DNA from: an uncultured Opitutia bacterium
GTDB lineage: Bacteria > Verrucomicrobiota > Verrucomicrobiia > Opitutales > CAJWYM01
Assembly: GCA_913049555.1 (NCBI GenBank)
Contig: CAJWYM010000006.1
Location: 2,125-66,124 of the forward strand
Direction: 5' to 3'
DNA length: 64,000 nt
Made by a program: the position numbers and the translations under genes
In this document: positions 29,948 to 38,996 of the stretch, piece by piece
Numbering within the stretch: the first letter of the stretch is position 1
Layout: the number at the start of each line of letters is the position of its first letter
Notes under the pieces: model-generated
Databases searched by the model: none
What the model saw: only the letters and a program-made list of their open reading frames with translations
Told to the model about the DNA's origin: nothing

Positions 29948-31438
29948 ATGTCCGAGATTTCAAACTCCGCAAAAATTTATGTATTAGACACTAATATTTT
30001 ACTTCATGATGCTGAATCGATTGTTAAATTTCAGGAAAACATAGTGGTTCTTCCTTCCGAAGTTTTAGTAGAGATGGATCGAAAGAAAACTTCAGACGGT
30101 CAAGTCGGAGTGAATGCTCGGAGTGTGCATCGTTATCTAAGAGATTTGTTTGAAGATTATAATTCAGCGGTCAATTCTGGTGAATCCGCCCGGATGGAAG
30201 CTGAAATGGAAAATGGTGGATATCTGCGATTCGTAATTACCAATTCACAGAAACTTTCTCAGCAAGATCAGGATCACTTAGACGCGGTTCTAATGGATCG
30301 AAGCCACAGTGATCATCGCATTTTATCCTGCGCTTATCATTTGTCTAAGACGGAGTCTCAGCCAGTGATATTAGTCACAAAGGATTCTAACATGGCACTT
30401 AAAGGCAAGTTATTGGGCCTTACTGTTGAGGATTATAGAAACGATCGTATCAAAGTAGCAGAAAATAAAGGCTATCGAGAGATTGTCGTGGCAGGGGATG
30501 TCTTTGAATCCTTGCAAAACTACGAATGGGATCACCCAGAGGCAAGCGGTTTTGAACTAGAGCTTCCTGAAGACAGTTATTTGAATGAGTATTTTATCGT
30601 TCGAACTTCTGAGAATGGGTGTGAGTCCATCATGGAACCGGTTCGTAATGTAGGGGAGGGGAGAATTGAATTGCTACCCCTCTATCGTCAGCATTTGAGA
30701 CAAGAGATCAATAAAGGCGATAAGAATGGGCTTCAAATGCCTGGTGGGGTGCGGGTTATTGCTAGAAATATAGAACAGTGGATGCACATGGATGCTGTGA
30801 TGAATCCTGACATTTCGTTGATCACTTGTATTGGTAAGGCTGGGACTGGAAAGACTTTTATTGCTATGGCGGTTGCCATGCACGAATTGCTTTCAGATCA
30901 CAATCATTACGAGAAGCTATTGATATCTAGGCCTGTGGTAGAACTCGGTAAAGGGATTGGATACCTCCCTGGAACCAAAGAGGAAAAAATGGCCCCCTAC
31001 ATGCAACCTTATTTTGACAATCTTGAGGTCTTGTTTCCTCTAAAACAAAAGGGTAATAAGCCCAAAGTGCATGCGCCGTCCAATGGACAAAACCCTCCTA
31101 TGAAAGCTTGGGAGAAGTTTCAAATGCAAGGAATATTAGAAATGGAAGCTCTGACTTACATCCGAGGTCGATCCATTCCAAATTCGCTTATTTTGGTCGA
31201 CGAAGTTCAAAACTTAACCCCTCATGAAGTGAAAACAGTCATTACCCGTCTGGCAACGGGTTCTAAACTTGTACTGATGGGAGATCCAGATCAGATTGAC
31301 AATCCGTTCTTGGGCTCACAAAGCAACGGTCTTGTATATGCAAGATCTCGACTCAAAGGACAAAGAAAGGCCGCTCATACCAAGCTTATTAAGGGAGTGC
31401 GCTCGGAAATTGCCGAGTTAGGAGCAGATTTGTTGTAG
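29948..31438 (+). CDS. PIN-domain plus PhoH-like ATPase fusion (YlaK family)
   Basis: N-terminal YVLDTNILLHD PIN acidic motif. GKAGTGKTF Walker A, LVDEVQNLTPHE Walker B, LMGDPDQID. Confidence 0.87.
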   Translation: MSEISNSAKIYVLDTNILLHDAESIVKFQENIVVLPSEVLVEMDRKKTSDGQVGVNARSVHRYLRDLFEDYNSAVNSGESARMEAEMENGGYLRFVITNSQKLSQQDQDHLDAVLMDRSHSDHRILSCAYHLSKTESQPVILVTKDSNMALKGKLLGLTVEDYRNDRIKVAENKGYREIVVAGDVFESLQNYEWDHPEASGFELELPEDSYLNEYFIVRTSENGCESIMEPVRNVGEGRIELLPLYRQHLRQEINKGDKNGLQMPGGVRVIARNIEQWMHMDAVMNPDISLITCIGKAGTGKTFIAMAVAMHELLSDHNHYEKLLISRPVVELGKGIGYLPGTKEEKMAPYMQPYFDNLEVLFPLKQKGNKPKVHAPSNGQNPPMKAWEKFQMQGILEMEALTYIRGRSIPNSLILVDEVQNLTPHEVKTVITRLATGSKLVLMGDPDQIDNPFLGSQSNGLVYARSRLKGQRKAAHTKLIKGVRSEIAELGADLL

Positions 31439-31443
31439 AATCC

Positions 31444-32139
31444 TTACTTTCTCTGCTTTATGATCTCCTCCATTGTGAGACCGCTCATTCTGGTAATCCC
31501 AGAAATTAATTTATACAAAGCGATGCCGGAGATGACCATCATGGGAACCATTATGATAGGCCAACTATAAAGACCCATCTCGCCAATTTCTTTAGTTCTA
31601 GTCTCTGTTCCTGCTGGACTGTTCACCAAATATCTCGCGAGTCCGAAATTCAGAATTGCACTGAGCAAGAAAGAGAAACTCAACAAATAAGAGCAAAAGT
31701 TCAAAAGTTTGCCAAATTTTTCCGCATTTCCTTTAGAAGTTAGGGATTGGTATACTTTCTCAACTTCAATGATTGATTTATTAAAAAGCAACACTTTAAC
31801 AAGAGGGTACTTGGTGAACATAGATGCAAGCACTGCAATCCCAAAGATGAGTGGAATTGCCGCTTCTTTTATCGCAAACCAGATTGGATTTAAGTCACTG
31901 ATTGCAAAACCCCCAGTGAGAAGAACACTTATAAAACCAAGGATAGAAAAGAAGTTGTATTTTTTACGGGTGATAAAATCGTAGATTCCATAGCTCAATG
32001 GAAAACTTAGTGCCAATGCAACATTGGCCCAAATAGGGGAGCTTTCCGGCCAATAGTCGCCCCCTTTTATTAGGATTAAATTGGGTAAAATAATATTTAA
32101 AATAAGATTGAGAAAAGTATTCTCTTGTTTTTCTTTCAT
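31444..32139 (-). CDS. Polytopic inner-membrane protein of unknown function
   Basis: 231 aa with about 6 hydrophobic segments. No catalytic motif. Confidence 0.5.
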   Translation of the reverse strand: MKEKQENTFLNLILNIILPNLILIKGGDYWPESSPIWANVALALSFPLSYGIYDFITRKKYNFFSILGFISVLLTGGFAISDLNPIWFAIKEAAIPLIFGIAVLASMFTKYPLVKVLLFNKSIIEVEKVYQSLTSKGNAEKFGKLLNFCSYLLSFSFLLSAILNFGLARYLVNSPAGTETRTKEIGEMGLYSWPIIMVPMMVISGIALYKLISGITRMSGLTMEEIIKQRK

Positions 32140-32241
32140 GCTTCCAAAATAGAGTTAATCATTGGGGAGGCAAACAATTAGAATGGAGTTTTAGGAAATT
32201 ATATTTGTAAAAAAAGGAGACTTCAAAAATAGGCACAAAAA

Positions 32242-32271
32242 AGCGGGAAGCCTACCCCTAAGCTTCCCGCT
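32242..32271 (-). terminator. Perfect 10-bp hairpin acting as an intrinsic terminator on the minus strand
   Basis: Plus strand reads agcgggaagc-ctacccctaa-gcttcccgct. On the minus strand it is followed by tttttt. Confidence 0.7.
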
Positions 32272-32295
32272 ACTCATTTTCTACTCCATTTAAAA

Positions 32296-32325
32296 GTCTT
32301 AAGAACTACCCCTAATTCTTAAGAC
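32296..32325 (-). other. Second perfect 10-bp hairpin carrying the same 10-nt loop as the one at 32242-32271
   Basis: Plus strand reads gtcttaagaa-ctacccctaa-ttcttaagac. The loop is identical to the neighbour and the stem is unrelated. Followed by tttt on the minus strand. Confidence 0.6.
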
Positions 32326-32657
32326 ACTTTTAATAAAGACTAAAATATACTTAATTGCAAGTTAAAATAAAATAAAAGTTAAGAATTTTTGGAAATCCTA
32401 GATAATCTTTTCAATAGATCAAATGAAACCCAACTAATGGGAATGATTGAAAGTTTTTTGATAAAACCTAAATCTCCATTTGGATGAACTTTAACTGTTG
32501 AAAAACCAAAGATTTCCAAGTTTTTTGTGAATTTTCAAAGGAATGAGGTGAAAAGTTATTAAGATAATTTTTCATAAAATCCATAAAATGGATAGGAAAT
32601 CCGGTCAGTCAAATAATTAAATACGTGAAGCCTGATAATAGAGGGATAGAGGGAGTT

Positions 32658-32741
32658 TGGTGCTCAGAGAGGGACTCGAACCCTCACGCTGTTAAGCATA
32701 CGCCCCTCAAGCGTACGTGTCTACCATTCCACCACCTGAGC
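32658..32741 (-). tRNA. tRNA-Leu (anticodon GAG), type II with long variable arm and encoded CCA
   Basis: Reverse complement reads GCTCAGG..GTGGAATGGTAGACAC..TACGC-TTGAGGG-GCGTA..TGCTTAACAGCGT..GAGGG-TTCGAGT-CCCTC-TCTGAGC-A-CCA. The cloverleaf was folded by eye. Confidence 0.9.
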
Positions 32742-33093
32742 ATGAATAAAACCAAAAGTGTACATTAACAATGTCGTAAAGGTTTAGGCAAGAAAATTAT
32801 AACGAAGTTTCTCTATCTCAATAGTTCTTTGAGTCTTTTGCTTTTTAGGAACTTCATTGCCTAAACTTTGAAATATCAGATCTAACCAATTAACAAATCC
32901 CACAAATACTGATTGTTTCAATAAAAAAACTAGAAATACTTCCAATTGCATTGTAATTTTTCAAAATTAATTTTGGATTTAAACTTTATTTTTTTTTAAA
33001 ACTAGATGCTTCGATCGATTCAGATGGCTTGTAATTTAGAATTGACATTCAGTGCGTTCTATTGACTCTAATCCAATTTTATAAGCTAAAAAA

Positions 33094-34227
33094 ATGAATA
33101 AAATATTTAAGAATTTTAAAATCTATCTAATTAAAAGAAATCTCTGTTTTGGATTGTTAATGCTAATCCTGAGCGGTGAGTTGACTTTTGCATGTACTGG
33201 AATTTCTCTACGCTCCAAAGATGGGGGAGTCGTTGTATCAAGAACCGTTGAGTGGGCACTGAGTGATGCTCAGCACAATAAAGTGTTGATTGTTCCCAGA
33301 GCTAAGAATTTTGTAGCCCAAACCCCCGATGGGAATAATGGCAAAACTTGGAAAAGTAAATATGGATTTGTCACTCTCACCGCATATGGGCAACCCTTTG
33401 GACCGGATGGATTGAACGAAGAAGGATTGTATGTTGGCCTTTACTATCTTCCGGGTTTCGCAGAGTATGCAGTTTATAAGCCCAGCAATGCTAAAAAGTC
33501 TATGAGTGTTGGAGATTGTATGCAATGGATGCTCTCTTCCTTTAAGACCGTTGAAGAGGTCCTTCAGAAAATGGATGAAATTCTAGTGGTAGGGGTAAAT
33601 AATAAGGATTTTGGAGAAGCAGATTTACCCTTTCATTTTAAAATAGCAGATCCCAGTGGAAACAGTAAAATCATTGAAATTGTCAATGAGGGTGAAATAA
33701 AAGTGTATGAACCCTACCTAGATGTTATCACAAATTCTCCAACTTACGATTGGCATATCCTGAATCAAAGAAACTACCTGCATCTATCCAATAAAGCCAA
33801 ACAAGCAAAAGTTTTTGGAGATTACCAGATCGTAGCCAATGGAGCAGGATCTGGATTGATTGGATTGCCGGGTGATTTCACTCCTACTTCCAGATTTGTT
33901 CGAGCAGCTGCTTTTACCGCATCTTGCAGACCCTTAGATTCCTCTCTCGAGGCCGTTTTAGAATCGTTTAGAATTCTGGATAACTTTAATATCCCACTGG
34001 GTTCAAACCTTCCTGAATCCTCTTTACCTAAAGGAATCGTAAGTGCTACCCAATTGACTTCTGCATCTGATTTAAAAGAAAAAGTTTATTATTATCATAC
34101 CATGTGGAATCGGCAAATCCGCAAAATTGATTTAAGTAAAATAGACTTTTCAAAGCTTCGTGAACAAGTGATTGATGATGATGTTTTGAAAATCAATAAT
34201 ATCAAAAACCTGACACCTCTAGACTGA
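33094..34227 (+). CDS. Secreted Ntn-hydrolase of the choloylglycine hydrolase / penicillin V acylase family
   Basis: Signal peptide ends in FA-CTGISLRSKDGG (N-terminal nucleophile Cys). TNSPTYDWH and the LPGD..PTSRFVRAA blocks are typical of the family. Confidence 0.85.
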   Translation: MNKIFKNFKIYLIKRNLCFGLLMLILSGELTFACTGISLRSKDGGVVVSRTVEWALSDAQHNKVLIVPRAKNFVAQTPDGNNGKTWKSKYGFVTLTAYGQPFGPDGLNEEGLYVGLYYLPGFAEYAVYKPSNAKKSMSVGDCMQWMLSSFKTVEEVLQKMDEILVVGVNNKDFGEADLPFHFKIADPSGNSKIIEIVNEGEIKVYEPYLDVITNSPTYDWHILNQRNYLHLSNKAKQAKVFGDYQIVANGAGSGLIGLPGDFTPTSRFVRAAAFTASCRPLDSSLEAVLESFRILDNFNIPLGSNLPESSLPKGIVSATQLTSASDLKEKVYYYHTMWNRQIRKIDLSKIDFSKLREQVIDDDVLKINNIKNLTPLD

Positions 34228-34309
34228 AATAAGCGGATTTCTCTTAGATCTAATTTTCTATTGAATCATCCGGGTTCAAGGAATCCTCATAATGATCCTT
34301 GTTTGAAAA

Positions 34310-35044
34310 TTAAGTTCCATGAACAAGCCTTATAATTCTGAGCTTGGATAAACTTATGATGATTGGATATAAGATATCAAATTCATACCATTTGACTGCA
34401 AAATTGGCTCTACATGGATAGCGATGGTGATTGTTTTGAAAACATTCACCCATGAAAAATAAATCCCAGAAAAAAGTGTTTTTGGACTGATCTCCATTGT
34501 CAAAGTTTTTGTAACCGTATTTGTGACCGCACCAATTGATAAATGCACCATGAATGGGACCCATTAAAAAGTGGATGGGAAGCAGTAGAAACCACCAATA
34601 ATTGGGCGCGAATTTTATGTAAAAAGCCACGTAACTGATGGCAAATAAAAATCTAAGACCAAAACCATGGGCAATATTGTCTACCGTAGGCCAAGCCATT
34701 AATCTTTTAGCAAAAGCAGTTTCGTTTTTGAAGCTTCCTTGCTGAATCTCTGTATAGATTCTTTTAGTATTCCACATTAAACTGAAGATGTCTTTGAATA
34801 CGTGAGGAGAATGGGGATCATGCTCCGTATCGCTGTGAGTATGATGTTCGTGGTGCAGAATGGCATAGGATTTTGGATGTAAAAAAGAGGATCCTTGAAA
34901 AAGAACGGTCAATAGGTAAAAAAACTTTTCCCAGAATTTGGACATGGTAAACATTTTGTGAGCCATATAACGATGTTGAAAAAAGCTTTGAATAAACGCG
35001 CTGGAATACCAGTGTAAAATGAAAAATGTTATAATAAAAACCAT
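34310..35044 (-). CDS. Membrane acyl-lipid/acyl-CoA desaturase (Delta9-type, three His boxes)
   Basis: HRYMAH, HHEHHTHSDTEHDPHSP, QNNHHRYP. Last gene of the 41297-34310 operon. Confidence 0.85.
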   Translation of the reverse strand: MVFIITFFILHWYSSAFIQSFFQHRYMAHKMFTMSKFWEKFFYLLTVLFQGSSFLHPKSYAILHHEHHTHSDTEHDPHSPHVFKDIFSLMWNTKRIYTEIQQGSFKNETAFAKRLMAWPTVDNIAHGFGLRFLFAISYVAFYIKFAPNYWWFLLLPIHFLMGPIHGAFINWCGHKYGYKNFDNGDQSKNTFFWDLFFMGECFQNNHHRYPCRANFAVKWYEFDILYPIIISLSKLRIIRLVHGT

Positions 35045-35055
35045 AATAAAATTGG

Positions 35056-36084
35056 TTAAGTGTTTGAATGTGTTTTTTTAAATAAATAATGAGTCACTGC
35101 CCAGTCTTCCCCCTCCTTATAACCGAACAATTCTGAACAAACCAGATGAAAAAGTCGCCATCTCTGCAACCACAACTTAGAATTGATCGTCCCATAAACC
35201 TCATTGAATAGAGATAAAATTTCTTCTTCATTCTGATCTATTTTTGAAAGCCAAGCGTCCAAGGTCTTTTGATAATGCACCCCATTGACTTTCCAAGATT
35301 TAACCACGGAGAGATCATCATCGAATTGATGGAATAGATCATGAGAGGGCATGATCCCTCCAGCAAAGAAATACCGAGCCATCCAATCTCTAGGATTTTC
35401 ATCTTCAAAGCTGTAAGCATACCTTCGGTTGTTGAAAATATGAACAAATAATTGTCCCTCCTCATTGAGGAAATTAGCTAATTTAGAAAATAATTTTTGA
35501 TAATTTCTTAAGTGCTCAAACATCTCTATAGAAACAATGCGATCAAAGGTTTGATCCATTTCAAAGTGATTGATATCTACGGTTTTCACTGTAATGTTAG
35601 TGAGCTTGCGAAGTTTCGCCTGAGATTCAATGTGTATCCTCTGGCTGTTGGAGTTAGAAACCGAAGTAATTTCAGAGTTTGGATACTTTTCTGCTGCCCA
35701 TAGGGAAAATGAACCCCATCCACAACCAAGGTCCAAAATGCTCATCCCATCTTGGATTTCAGCTCGCTCACAGACTTGTTTTAAAGAACTTTCTTCAGCT
35801 TCTTGCAAAGTGGATTGCTCGCTGTCCCATTGGCAGCAACTGTATTTTAGCCGAGGACCCAAAATTTTAATGAAAAATTCGGAAGGCACTTCGTAGTGCT
35901 GTTCATTGGCTGCTTGGGTCTCAATTGCAATGGGACTGTTCTTAAGCATATCAATGAACTTGTCATAATGGGTATGATTGGGCTCGTAGGAACTTTTGAT
36001 TCGCTCTTTCAACTGGTTTCTAATTCCCCAGCGAATGATGGAGTCTGGCAATAGAGCTTTTTCTGCTAGATAAGTTGCAATCAT
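35056..36084 (-). CDS. CFA-synthase-like SAM-dependent lipid methyltransferase (short form)
   Basis: HYEVPSEFFIKILGPRLKYSCCQW and ILDLGCGWGSF SAM motif, IVSIEMFEH. Confidence 0.85.
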   Translation of the reverse strand: MIATYLAEKALLPDSIIRWGIRNQLKERIKSSYEPNHTHYDKFIDMLKNSPIAIETQAANEQHYEVPSEFFIKILGPRLKYSCCQWDSEQSTLQEAEESSLKQVCERAEIQDGMSILDLGCGWGSFSLWAAEKYPNSEITSVSNSNSQRIHIESQAKLRKLTNITVKTVDINHFEMDQTFDRIVSIEMFEHLRNYQKLFSKLANFLNEEGQLFVHIFNNRRYAYSFEDENPRDWMARYFFAGGIMPSHDLFHQFDDDLSVVKSWKVNGVHYQKTLDAWLSKIDQNEEEILSLFNEVYGTINSKLWLQRWRLFHLVCSELFGYKEGEDWAVTHYLFKKTHSNT

Positions 36085-36085
36085 A

Positions 36086-36877
36086 TTAATTTAGAGTTGA
36101 ATTTTTTTTTGGAAACCAAGGAAAGAATGCATTGGTCTCTTTTTGATATTGGATGTATGCATTTCCTCGTCTAGCTATGGATTGTTTTTCCGCGTATGGA
36201 ATTCCAGATCCTTTGTTTAAAAAATAATAGATAGCCAAGGCAGGAATGAGAGAAAGATAAAAAAAGGAATGTCCAATACTAAGAAAGATTAAACTGATCC
36301 AAAACAACCATTCAAAAAAGTAATTGGGATGTCTCGTATATTTCCACAATCCTGTTTTACAAACCCCTTTATTTTTCCCTTCACTGTTGGATCTGAATCG
36401 GTCGAGTTGTTTGTCTGAAAGGGCTTCACCAAGAATCGCAATTATTGCGATTGCAATCGCAATAAAATCAGTAATTTGCAATTGTGAAACTGGGTTAGAA
36501 ACTGCAAGAAAGAAGGAAATACTGAGCACCGTGGATGCAAGGGCTTGGATCTGGTAAAATACAAACAATTTTAATTTCCATTGAGTTCCCCAATGTTGAA
36601 TCAATTTACCATATCTGGCGTCTTCACCTTCTCTTTTTATCCTTCGAAAAAGATAACTCCCCAATCGATGAGCCCAAAAACCTGCAACCAGAATTGTGAT
36701 GTAGCTACGGATGTGGAATTCGGGATTTGATTCCAGAAAGAACCAAATGATGGAGGTGAAACCCAGACTGTAGGCCCAGACAGTGTCGACAATGCCTCCC
36801 CTTTTTTGTCTAACAGCGACAATCCAAGTGAGTCCAACACAAAGAGAAAGAAACCCCCATACAAGCAACCAGTTCAT
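36086..36877 (-). CDS. DUF1295 / steroid-5-alpha-reductase-like membrane protein
   Basis: Multi-TM protein with a YTRHPNYFFEWLFW motif typical of the ICMT/DUF1295 fold. Confidence 0.72.
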   Translation of the reverse strand: MNWLLVWGFLSLCVGLTWIVAVRQKRGGIVDTVWAYSLGFTSIIWFFLESNPEFHIRSYITILVAGFWAHRLGSYLFRRIKREGEDARYGKLIQHWGTQWKLKLFVFYQIQALASTVLSISFFLAVSNPVSQLQITDFIAIAIAIIAILGEALSDKQLDRFRSNSEGKNKGVCKTGLWKYTRHPNYFFEWLFWISLIFLSIGHSFFYLSLIPALAIYYFLNKGSGIPYAEKQSIARRGNAYIQYQKETNAFFPWFPKKNSTLN

Positions 36878-36894
36878 TTTAAATAAGTAAGTAA

Positions 36895-38193
36895 TTAATG
36901 AGTGACCTCATTTTTTATATCAGCACAGTTATTTTTATAGGGCATCGATTGGTTTAGAAAAGATTCTTCTCTGAGATCCCAGCTGTAGGAGGAACTATTA
37001 GAGGGTCCAAGGATTAAATGGGCAACTTGAATATGCCTCTGCTTAAATGCCGCTTCGCAATAATAAAGATAAAAAAGCCAGGTTCTAATAAAGGCTTCGT
37101 CATAACCTAGATTAAGGATGGACGCATTCTTCTCGATAAATCGGTCTGCCCAACATCGCAGGGTGGTCGCATAGTGAAGGCCAAAGGTATCTAGGTTTAA
37201 TAATTGTAAGTTGGTGCACTTGGAGCATATCTCAAGGATTGCTTGACTTGAAGGTAGATGACCCCCAGGAAAAATATATTTTCTAATCCAATCCACCCCG
37301 CTTCTATAGCTCTTATAACGGTGATCCGCACAAAGGATCGCTTGAATTCCAATCAGTCCATCCTTTTTGAGGAGACGGTTTAGAGAACTGAAATATTCGG
37401 GTAGGTACTCATGACCCACGGCCTCGATCATTTCAATGGAAACAATGCGATCGTACTTTCCCTTCATGTGACGATAATCTTGTAAATAAACGGAAATTTG
37501 TGATCCCAGTGAATTCTTTTGTATCGCCTCTTCGAAATAGGATTTCTGTTCCTCAGAAAGAGTCAGGCAATCCACTTTGCATCCTACTTTATCCGTCAGA
37601 TAGGTGGCAAATCCCCCCCAGCCGCAACCGACTTCAAGAACAGTGTGGTGCTCTTTGATACCAAGTTTGCTTATCAAACGTTGATACTTTTCTTCTTGAG
37701 CTTGAAGTAAGGACTGGTTGGGTTGAGTAAAATAGGCTGCTGAGTAAGTCATGGATTTATCCAGCCATAATTTGTAAAAATCGTTGCTTATATCGTAGTG
37801 CGTCTGGATGTTTTTTTTGCTTTGTGTAATCGTATTCTTATTCAGTAGGTGTTGGATACGATTTGGGAGATTGCCAATAAGGGTAAGCAGGGAGTCCAAT
37901 AAACTTTTGTCTTCAGCTGATTGTGAGAAATTCTTGATAAACCATTCAATGACTGCACAGGGATCTTTACTCTCCCATTCGTTTGCCGAGAAGCTTTCTC
38001 CTAAACCGATGTCATTGTAAAGAACCAGTCTTTTAAATAAATTCAAATTTTTGATTTTTATTTCAGCGACTTGCTTGTCCTGAGGATTTCCCAAAAGAAT
38101 GGATTCCCCATTGGGCAATTCTAGTTCAAGCCTTCCACAAGTTGCTTTTTTCAACTTGTTTAAAACCAAATTGGAAAACCAAGATTGCATCAT
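36895..38193 (-). CDS. Cyclopropane-fatty-acyl-phospholipid synthase family methyltransferase (long form)
   Basis: HYDISNDFYKLWLDKSMTYSAAYF, VLEVGCGWGGFA, IVSIEMIEAVGHEY. Confidence 0.9.
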   Translation of the reverse strand: MMQSWFSNLVLNKLKKATCGRLELELPNGESILLGNPQDKQVAEIKIKNLNLFKRLVLYNDIGLGESFSANEWESKDPCAVIEWFIKNFSQSAEDKSLLDSLLTLIGNLPNRIQHLLNKNTITQSKKNIQTHYDISNDFYKLWLDKSMTYSAAYFTQPNQSLLQAQEEKYQRLISKLGIKEHHTVLEVGCGWGGFATYLTDKVGCKVDCLTLSEEQKSYFEEAIQKNSLGSQISVYLQDYRHMKGKYDRIVSIEMIEAVGHEYLPEYFSSLNRLLKKDGLIGIQAILCADHRYKSYRSGVDWIRKYIFPGGHLPSSQAILEICSKCTNLQLLNLDTFGLHYATTLRCWADRFIEKNASILNLGYDEAFIRTWLFYLYYCEAAFKQRHIQVAHLILGPSNSSSYSWDLREESFLNQSMPYKNNCADIKNEVTH

Positions 38194-38996
38194 AATGGTC
38201 GTCCTTCTTTAGGAGATTGTTGTTTCTGAGTATCTGTCTGTAAGTGTGGATGATCGCTTTTTCTGAACCACGGTGTCTTCTTTCTAAACAATGCCAGTGC
38301 TTGTAGATGAATTTGAAGAAAGGACAAAAAGGTGTTAGAGGGAAATCTCAAGGCAAATTTCAACAAAGTTCTGTCGTTCAAAGCAGACTTTTCACCCCTT
38401 AATCTACTAAAAAAAAAGGGGGCACTTTCCTCTATTTTTTTTTCATTCACTTGAATATCGATTGTGTCTTCTCTCTCTTGAATATCAAAGAGCAATTTTG
38501 TATTGAGTTCAGAAAAAGGGGAAATGTAAAAAAGTTTATCCTGTTCATCCTTGTAAGTGTTCCCCACTTTCTTGTCCGCAGAAATGAAATACAATTTAAA
38601 TTCCCTAAATGTGTTCATAACTTCAGCGACAATACCAAGAGGTTGATTGTTTAAATCTCTGATAAAAAAAAAGGACACTGGATTGAATAAGAAACCCCAC
38701 ATTTTAAGTTGGGTGATAATAAATATATTACCAATTTCATGGACATTGTGTTTCTCTTTTAAAAATGCAGTGATGTTTTCTTTAAGACCCAATTTTCCAA
38801 ACTGAAAGTGGTCATGATTATTAAAAGAGAAAAGGTTTGGACGGTTAATTCCAACAAAATTTAAATTGTTATGGATGCGAACCAACTCGTCTAAATCAAT
38901 TCCAAACATAAACTGATTGTATGAGAATTCGTGTTTTTTAGGACTCAATCTTTTATGAAAAACTTGAGTCTTATAAAGACAAGAGTTCATTTCCAA
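38190..38996 (-). CDS. DUF1365 family protein (UfaO-like by gene context)
   Basis: MNSCLYKTQVFHKRLSPKKHEFSY start typical of DUF1365. 4-nt and 10-nt overlaps with the flanking genes. Confidence 0.72.
   Translation of the reverse strand: MEMNSCLYKTQVFHKRLSPKKHEFSYNQFMFGIDLDELVRIHNNLNFVGINRPNLFSFNNHDHFQFGKLGLKENITAFLKEKHNVHEIGNIFIITQLKMWGFLFNPVSFFFIRDLNNQPLGIVAEVMNTFREFKLYFISADKKVGNTYKDEQDKLFYISPFSELNTKLLFDIQEREDTIDIQVNEKKIEESAPFFFSRLRGEKSALNDRTLLKFALRFPSNTFLSFLQIHLQALALFRKKTPWFRKSDHPHLQTDTQKQQSPKEGRPL

Noticed and set aside
29948-31438. PIN/PhoH fusion as a toxin-antitoxin or defence element
   Set aside because: This is the widespread YlaK-type architecture found as a single conserved chromosomal gene. 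There is no antitoxin-sized partner or mobile context here.
32468-32584. 38-aa minus-strand ORF (MDFMKNYLNNFSPH...) downstream of tRNA-Leu
   Set aside because: It has no ribosome-binding context or motif, ends about 140 nt before the hairpins, and is of a size expected by chance.
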